DNA from: Fibrobacteria bacterium
Lineage (GTDB): Bacteria > Fibrobacterota > Fibrobacteria > UBA11236
Length of the DNA stretch: 12,997 nucleotides
Assembly: GCA_041746255.1 (NCBI GenBank)
Contig: JBGTHM010000021.1
Location: 1-12,997, forward strand
Direction: 5' to 3'
The position numbers and the translations under genes are program-made. The number at the start of each line of letters is the position of its first letter. Position 1 is the stretch's first letter. This document shows positions 7,635-12,997 of this stretch, piece after piece. The notes below the pieces were generated by a model. That model was not told the origin of the DNA. It saw only the letters and a program-made list of their open reading frames with translations, and did no database searches.

Positions 7635-8270
7635 TCAGATGAAGTCCGATGGATCCGGGTCCAGGTTACGCATCTCGAAAATCAGCGATTGGTCGGGATC
7701 CACCCGGAATTCCAACCAGTCACCCTTCTGGTCCGATGCGCTTGGTATTATCGGCGGTGGCTCCTGGGTATAAATCCCTCGATACGCTTCCACAACCCCT
7801 TTTAGAGCTGCCTCCGCCTCGAATTGGGACAGAATTTTCCCCTCCGCATCCCCCAGAAATTGTTCAGGCTCCTGCACGGGAAGGATTTCACCGCACAACC
7901 GCCGCATGACGCGCAGGATATAATTGGCTTCACCCCCGGATTTCCGCAAACGCGCTTTTTCCAGCTCCACAAGGGAGAACTTTTCGCTACGGCAACCGAT
8001 GATGATTCGGGATTCTCCCTCCCGGCTCACGGCCATACCGGGCAAAAGCCGCTCCGATTTCCGATCGCGCAATACGCGAAACCCACGGCTGCGGTAACTC
8101 GCCTCGAAATGCCGCAGGGCCAGAGTAGCCCCTTCCAGAGACAAGGAACGGCCAAACCACCCCTCCAACCAGGTATTCGGATCGGCAATGTCCAACGATT
8201 GCCCTTCCGCCAATTGCATCGCCTCCAGGAAATAAAACTCTTCGAATTGCCGCTCCATGCGAATCCCCAT
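7635..8270 (-). CDS. Hypothetical cytoplasmic protein, ~211 aa
   Basis: Fills the gap between the cytochrome gene and the divergent scpA intergenic region. AGGA lies 7 nt before ATG 8270 (alternative starts TTG 8273, ATG 8258). Composition is globular-protein-like. No family recognised. Confidence 0.7.
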   Translation of the reverse strand: MGIRMERQFEEFYFLEAMQLAEGQSLDIADPNTWLEGWFGRSLSLEGATLALRHFEASYRSRGFRVLRDRKSERLLPGMAVSREGESRIIIGCRSEKFSLVELEKARLRKSGGEANYILRVMRRLCGEILPVQEPEQFLGDAEGKILSQFEAEAALKGVVEAYRGIYTQEPPPIIPSASDQKGDWLEFRVDPDQSLIFEMRNLDPDPSDFI

Positions 8271-8416
8271 CAACCTATCCTAAATCTTCCAAAACCGGCC
8301 CAAATCTACTATTACCCACTGCATTTTTTAGTAATTTTTCCACCGATTCCGGCTTATCGGTCCCCCAGAATAATCCGCATACGGATGCCCCTTCGAACCG
8401 AGTTTCGCCCCCGGGA

Positions 8417-9409
8417 ATGGATAGCATGATAGCCCCAGCGACAGCAACCGAATACGAAGTCCACCTGGAGATTTTCGAAGGGCCTCTCGATCTCCTGCTT
8501 TATCTCGTCCAAAAAGAGGAGCTCAATCCCCGCGAAATTTCCATCGCCACCATTACCGACCAGTATCTTCGCTATCTCGACACCATCGGAACCGACAATT
8601 TAACCCATGCAGGGGAATTTTTGGTCATGGCATCTCGGCTCATCCGGCTTAAAACCCGCGAATTGCTGCCGGCGGAGCAAAAAGACGAGCTGGAAGAAAT
8701 GGAATATGAGTTGGACCGGCAAATGCTTATCCAACAAATGCTCGAATATCAGAAGTTCAAAGAAGCCGCCCGCACGTTGCGGGGATTCGAGGCCGGCAAT
8801 TTCGGGGCCCTACCCCGGGGTATTCCCGATCAACCCGGACGGGATAAAAAGCCGTCCACTCCCTTCGAATTCGAGGAATCGGAAGCGGGCATTTATGATT
8901 TGCTGGCCGCATTCCGGCGCGTGGTGCTCTCGCGGCAGCGCATCCCCGTGCACGAAGTGGAAATCGACGACGTCACCATCGAAGACAAAATGCAGGAAGT
9001 GGAAACCCTTATCCATGAGATGCGCCGCTTTCTCGTGGACGACATGTTCGAAAAAGACAACCGGTCCATCGTGCAGGCGGTAACCGTCATGGCCCTGTTG
9101 GAATTGGCGAAGCTGGACCGGATTCTGGTACGGCAAAGCCATGCTTTCGGCCCGCTTTGGGTTTATCCCAAGGCCCAAGCCAAGGATTTCGCAGCTGAGC
9201 TGCACGAATTCGAACATGAGTTCGAAGAATTGGAATTGAAAGACGGCCTGGTCGAAATCATCAAGGAAATGGTCAAGGAACGTAGCGTCAAAAATACCTT
9301 GGAGTCGATGTTGATCGAAGCCGAAAATGAGTTGAAAAATCCCGGCCAGGCTGCCGGAGCGAATTCGGAAACGCCTATGGAAACGAATGAGGACCTCCCC
9401 CCCGTATGA
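8417..9409 (+). CDS. scpA: Segregation and condensation protein A (SMC kleisin) with a C-terminal extension
   Basis: YEVHLEIFEGPLDLLLYLVQKEEL..ITDQYL..AGEFLVMASRLIRLKTRELLP..LEYQKFKEAA, and C-terminal winged helix VTVMALLELAK..RQSHAFGPLWV. The start could be ATG 8426. Confidence 0.96.
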   Translation: MDSMIAPATATEYEVHLEIFEGPLDLLLYLVQKEELNPREISIATITDQYLRYLDTIGTDNLTHAGEFLVMASRLIRLKTRELLPAEQKDELEEMEYELDRQMLIQQMLEYQKFKEAARTLRGFEAGNFGALPRGIPDQPGRDKKPSTPFEFEESEAGIYDLLAAFRRVVLSRQRIPVHEVEIDDVTIEDKMQEVETLIHEMRRFLVDDMFEKDNRSIVQAVTVMALLELAKLDRILVRQSHAFGPLWVYPKAQAKDFAAELHEFEHEFEELELKDGLVEIIKEMVKERSVKNTLESMLIEAENELKNPGQAAGANSETPMETNEDLPPV

Positions 9410-10137
9410 ACGAAGCATCCAGCGAACAGAACGAACTTGAAATCCAGGCTACCCTTGCAGGCGCCCAAAATCCTTCGCCACCGCAAGAAGAAGTGGAAGC
9501 GGAGGAAAGCCCCGACGATCTGGGCGGCTGGAAGCCCGACCCGGAGAAGTTGCTGATGTCCCTGCTATTCGCCACCAACGATTATCTATCCGGGCGCGAG
9601 CTGCGCGAACTCATGGGCGAAGAATGGGATATGGCCCGGCTGCGCCAGCTCATCAAAGGCATTCGTAAAAAAATGGACGACGACGAAATGCCTTTCGAAA
9701 TCGTCGAAGTCGACGGTACGTTCCGGTTCCGCACGCGCCCGCAATACTATCCCTGGGTACGCAAGCTTTTCAAAACCTCCAGCAATCCTCGCCGGCTGTC
9801 GCAAGCCAGCCTGGAAACCCTGGCCATCATCGCGTACAAGCAGCCCATCACCAAGGCCGAGATCGAAGCCATACGCGGCGTGAACGTGGACGGTTGCATG
9901 AAAAGCCTGCTCGACAAGAAGCTGGTCGATATCAAGGGCAGGGCCGAATCGGCCGGAGGCTCTTTCACCTATGCCACCACGCGCGATTTCATGCGCTATT
10001 TCGGAATCAGTAAGGTGCCGGAAGATCTACCCCGTCTTTCCGACTTCGAGGAAATCGTCAACTCGCAGGCCCTGATTCCCCAAATCGGACAGGACGGCAA
10101 TCCCCGGGAAATGGAGCAACCCGAGGAAAATTACTGA
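9406..10137 (+). CDS. scpB: SMC-Scp complex subunit ScpB
   Basis: Signature LSQASLETLAIIAYKQPITKAEIEAIRGVN and YATTRDFMRYFGI..DLP. ATGA overlap with the scpA stop codon. Confidence 0.97.
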   Translation: MNEASSEQNELEIQATLAGAQNPSPPQEEVEAEESPDDLGGWKPDPEKLLMSLLFATNDYLSGRELRELMGEEWDMARLRQLIKGIRKKMDDDEMPFEIVEVDGTFRFRTRPQYYPWVRKLFKTSSNPRRLSQASLETLAIIAYKQPITKAEIEAIRGVNVDGCMKSLLDKKLVDIKGRAESAGGSFTYATTRDFMRYFGISKVPEDLPRLSDFEEIVNSQALIPQIGQDGNPREMEQPEENY

Positions 10138-12839
10138 TGTCGACGCCCATGATGAAACAGTATGAGGAGATCAAGGCCAAGCATCCCGGCTCCCTGCTGC
10201 TTTATCGCATGGGTGATTTTTATGAGCTCTTCAACGAAGACGCCATAACCGCTTCCAAAATTCTCGGACTCACCCTGACCGCGCGCAACCATGGCGGCGA
10301 CGGCGGCACTCCCCTGGCGGGCTTTCCCCACCACGCCATCGAACGCTACATGCCCAAACTCATCGGAGCGGGTTTGAAAGTCGCCATTTGCGAACAGGTG
10401 GAAGATCCCGCCACGGCCAAGGGCGTGGTCAAGCGCGAAGTCGTCGAAGTCGTGACACGTGGAACGGCTCTGAATGAAAATTACCTGGAATCCAAAACCA
10501 ACAATTATCTGGCGGCGGTTTATCCCGGCGAGGATTTGCTGGGATTGGCCTATCTCGATCTCAGCACCGGCGAATTCACCGCCCTCGAAGGCGGGCCCGC
10601 CGAGGCCGCCAATGAATTGGGCCGCATCAACGTCCAGGAAGTCGTGGTGCCCGAGTTCGTGGAACTACCGGGTTTTCTGGCCGAGATGGGCGACCGGGAA
10701 AAATTATTGATAACCCCGGTTCCCAAAGGTTTTTTCCATGAATCCGAAGGCGCGGCCCTATTGCAGCGGCAATTCAAAGTGCATAGCCTGGAAGCCTTCG
10801 GCGCGGGGCATCTTACCGTAGGCATCCGCGCCGCCGCGGCGGCTTTGGCCTATGTGCGCGAAAACAAAAAGACGGAACTCGGTCATCTGGTCAAATTACG
10901 CGTGCAACGATTCGATTCGCATATGGCGCTCGATTCCGCCACCATCCGTAACTTGGAGCTGGTGCGCCCTTTGCATGCCGACGACGAAACCGGCACGCTC
11001 TTCCATTTACTGGACCGCACTGTAACGGCCATGGGCGGCCGCAAGCTGAAATATTGGCTCACCCACCCCCTGCTCAACCGCGGGGAAATCCTGGAGCGTC
11101 AAAGCGCGGTGGCCGAGTTGACGGAGAACCCGGTTCTGCTCGACATCCTTCGCAAACACCTACGCGAAATCAACGACATCGAACGCATCATGGCCAAAAC
11201 CGGATCGGGCCGGGCGCATGCGCGCGACTTGGTCGGCCTGGGCTCTTCCCTCCTGGCCGCCGCAGATGTAGGCGATGCCCTGCACGAAACGCGTTCCCCA
11301 CTTTTCACGGTAGCGCGCGACAGTCTGTGCGCTTTACGTTCCAAAGGTCAGGAATTACTCGCCCGCCTGACGGAAAGACCACCGCTCACCGTGCGAGAAG
11401 GCAATATGATTCGGGCCAGGGTCTATCCCGAGCTGGACGAATTGGTGAACGGCATTCGCGACGGCCGCGAATGGATGAATTCACTGCAAGTGCGCGAACG
11501 CGAAGCCACCGGCATTACCACCTTGAAGGTGGGATTCAACAAAGTTTTTGGCTATTACATCGAGGTGACCAAAGCCCAGGAGAGCAAAGTACCCACGCAT
11601 TATCTCCGCAAACAATCGCTGGTGAACGGGGAGCGTTACATCACCGCCGAAATGAAGGAATGGGAAAGCCGCATTCTCAACGCCGAAGGCGAAATCAACG
11701 CGCTGGAATACCGTATTTTCTGTTCCATCCGTGACGAAGTGAACACGGATATGGCCTTGTATCTCGAAACCGCGGGCCTGCTGGGAGCCATAGACTCGCT
11801 GGCCTGTTTGGCGGCCGCCGCCCGCGAGTTGAATTTCACCGCCCCGGAAATAACCGAAGAACCGCTCCTGCATATTGACGAAGGCCGCCATCCCGTGGTG
11901 GAAGCCATTACCGAAGAGGGGCAATACATCCCCAACGATTTGCGCCTCAATCTGCGCGACCGGCAAATACTGCTTATCACCGGCCCCAATATGGCGGGTA
12001 AATCCACCTACTTGCGCCAAGTGGGCCTTATCACCTTGCTGGCCCAGGTGGGTTCTTTCGTTCCCGCCGCTTTCGCGCGCATCGGATTGGTCGACCGTAT
12101 TTTTACCCGGGTGGGCGCGGCGGACCGGCTTTCCAAAGGCCAGAGCACCTTCATGGTGGAAATGTTGGAAACCGCGAATATCCTCAACTACGCCACCCCG
12201 CGCAGCCTCGTCCTGCTGGATGAAATCGGCCGGGGCACCAGCACTTATGACGGCCTATCGCTGGCCTGGGCCATCGCGGAAACCCTGCACGAAAATCCCG
12301 CCATCGCCGCACGCACGCTTTTCGCCACCCATTACCACGAGCTGACGGAACTGGCCGGCCGCTTCCCCCGCATCCGTAATGTGCAAGTTACCGTAAAGGA
12401 AACCGAGAGCGAGGTCATCTTTTTACGCAAAGTAGTGGAGGGCGGTTGCGATTCCAGTTATGGCATTCAAGTCGCCGCTATGGCCGGGGTTCCCCAAAGC
12501 GTAATTGACCGAGCCTGGGAAATTCTGGGAGGATTGGAAAAAGATCAAAAGGAAATCCCCATCGCACCCACCCGCTCCGGTGAAACCGTTCAAGAAGCCA
12601 TCTCCCCATTAAGTAAAACCCGTAACGATAACGAAAAGGTTAAGTCGCCTGGATCCCCGTCCACCCGTCTACAAGTCGACCTATTCGGAAACGGAGTAAC
12701 GTCACCGGAAGACATCGCCAACCGAAAAATTTGCGAAGAATTACGCGGACTGAACCTGAACGGCCTCACCCCCTTGGATGTAGTCCAACGCATCGCCCAA
12801 ATACAAAACCGACTTTCACGCGAACAAACCTCATCATAG
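10137..12839 (+). CDS. mutS: DNA mismatch repair protein MutS (MutS1)
   Basis: TPMMKQY..YRMGDFYELF (mismatch-binding F-x-E), GRHPVVE, Walker A GPNMAGKST, STFMVEM, Walker B LLDEIGRGT, FATHYHEL, SYGIQVA, and a C-terminal QVDLF clamp-binding-like motif. TGATG overlap with scpB. Confidence 0.99.
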   Translation: MSTPMMKQYEEIKAKHPGSLLLYRMGDFYELFNEDAITASKILGLTLTARNHGGDGGTPLAGFPHHAIERYMPKLIGAGLKVAICEQVEDPATAKGVVKREVVEVVTRGTALNENYLESKTNNYLAAVYPGEDLLGLAYLDLSTGEFTALEGGPAEAANELGRINVQEVVVPEFVELPGFLAEMGDREKLLITPVPKGFFHESEGAALLQRQFKVHSLEAFGAGHLTVGIRAAAAALAYVRENKKTELGHLVKLRVQRFDSHMALDSATIRNLELVRPLHADDETGTLFHLLDRTVTAMGGRKLKYWLTHPLLNRGEILERQSAVAELTENPVLLDILRKHLREINDIERIMAKTGSGRAHARDLVGLGSSLLAAADVGDALHETRSPLFTVARDSLCALRSKGQELLARLTERPPLTVREGNMIRARVYPELDELVNGIRDGREWMNSLQVREREATGITTLKVGFNKVFGYYIEVTKAQESKVPTHYLRKQSLVNGERYITAEMKEWESRILNAEGEINALEYRIFCSIRDEVNTDMALYLETAGLLGAIDSLACLAAAARELNFTAPEITEEPLLHIDEGRHPVVEAITEEGQYIPNDLRLNLRDRQILLITGPNMAGKSTYLRQVGLITLLAQVGSFVPAAFARIGLVDRIFTRVGAADRLSKGQSTFMVEMLETANILNYATPRSLVLLDEIGRGTSTYDGLSLAWAIAETLHENPAIAARTLFATHYHELTELAGRFPRIRNVQVTVKETESEVIFLRKVVEGGCDSSYGIQVAAMAGVPQSVIDRAWEILGGLEKDQKEIPIAPTRSGETVQEAISPLSKTRNDNEKVKSPGSPSTRLQVDLFGNGVTSPEDIANRKICEELRGLNLNGLTPLDVVQRIAQIQNRLSREQTSS

Positions 12840-12875
12840 CTACAAAATAAGCCCTACGATATGAGCCACCACCAA

Positions 12876-12997
12876 GCGAAGGGCCGGAGGCCCGGGCGCG
12901 GGAGATTTTGCAGGCGTCAGCGGAGCCCCCGCTTTGCGTAGGCTGCCGGCGCCTGTCTGAGTCCGCGCAGCGGGCGAGTTGCGACGGCAACCGCATC
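12876..12997. repeat. Hairpin-rich GC-rich intergenic element (REP/MITE-like), probably truncated by the window end
   Basis: GGGCC-GGA-GGCCC at 12881-12893. GTCCGC-GCA-GCGGGC at 12961-12975, nested in an outer stem GGCTGCCGGCGC (12941-12952) / GCGACGGCAACC (12981-12992, 10 of 12 paired). An alternative stem pairs CAGGCGTC (12911) with GGCGCCTG (12948). Repetition elsewhere in the genome cannot be seen from this window. Confidence 0.5.

Noticed and set aside
7824..8429. 201-aa plus-strand ORF overlapping the scpA start
   Set aside because: P/Q/R-rich shadow composition, it crosses the AT-rich intergenic tract, and the minus-strand ORF has the better RBS and composition.
8810..12793. Antisense and alternative-frame ORFs inside scpA, scpB and mutS (e.g. 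8810-9418 -, 11054-11734 +, 11481-12020 -)
   Set aside because: They are shadows of well-conserved housekeeping genes in GC-rich DNA.
12955..12980. Hammerhead-ribozyme-like CUGA-stem-GA arrangement
   Set aside because: It lacks the CUGAnGA and GAAA catalytic core (reads CUGAG..CGAG).
12766..12996. 76-aa minus-strand ORF at the right edge
   Set aside because: It overlaps the mutS 3' end, is R/A/G-rich, and coincides with the palindromic element, so it is unlikely to be coding.

Overview
Bacterial chromosomal window. The DUF2341 motif style and the C-terminally extended ScpA suggest Fibrobacterota, but this is from recall and not tested. Left half, minus strand: (i) the 5' 5 kb of a giant secreted modular protein that is missing from the supplied ORF track because it runs off the left edge. 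I read it as stop-free from 5040 to 1 (at least 1680 aa). It comprises a signal peptide, a beta-strand-repeat passenger region with two autotransporter-associated repeats, an inserted ConA-like (DUF1349-type) domain, and tandem ~330-aa DUF2341+LamG modules. (ii) A membrane-anchored octaheme c-type cytochrome fused to HEAT and TPR repeats. (iii) An unrecognised ~211-aa protein. Right half, plus strand: an overlapping scpA-scpB-mutS gene string, followed by a hairpin-rich REP/MITE-like element cut by the window end. Most other ORF-track entries are antisense or alternative-frame shadows. No CRISPR array, rRNA, tRNA or transposase was seen.
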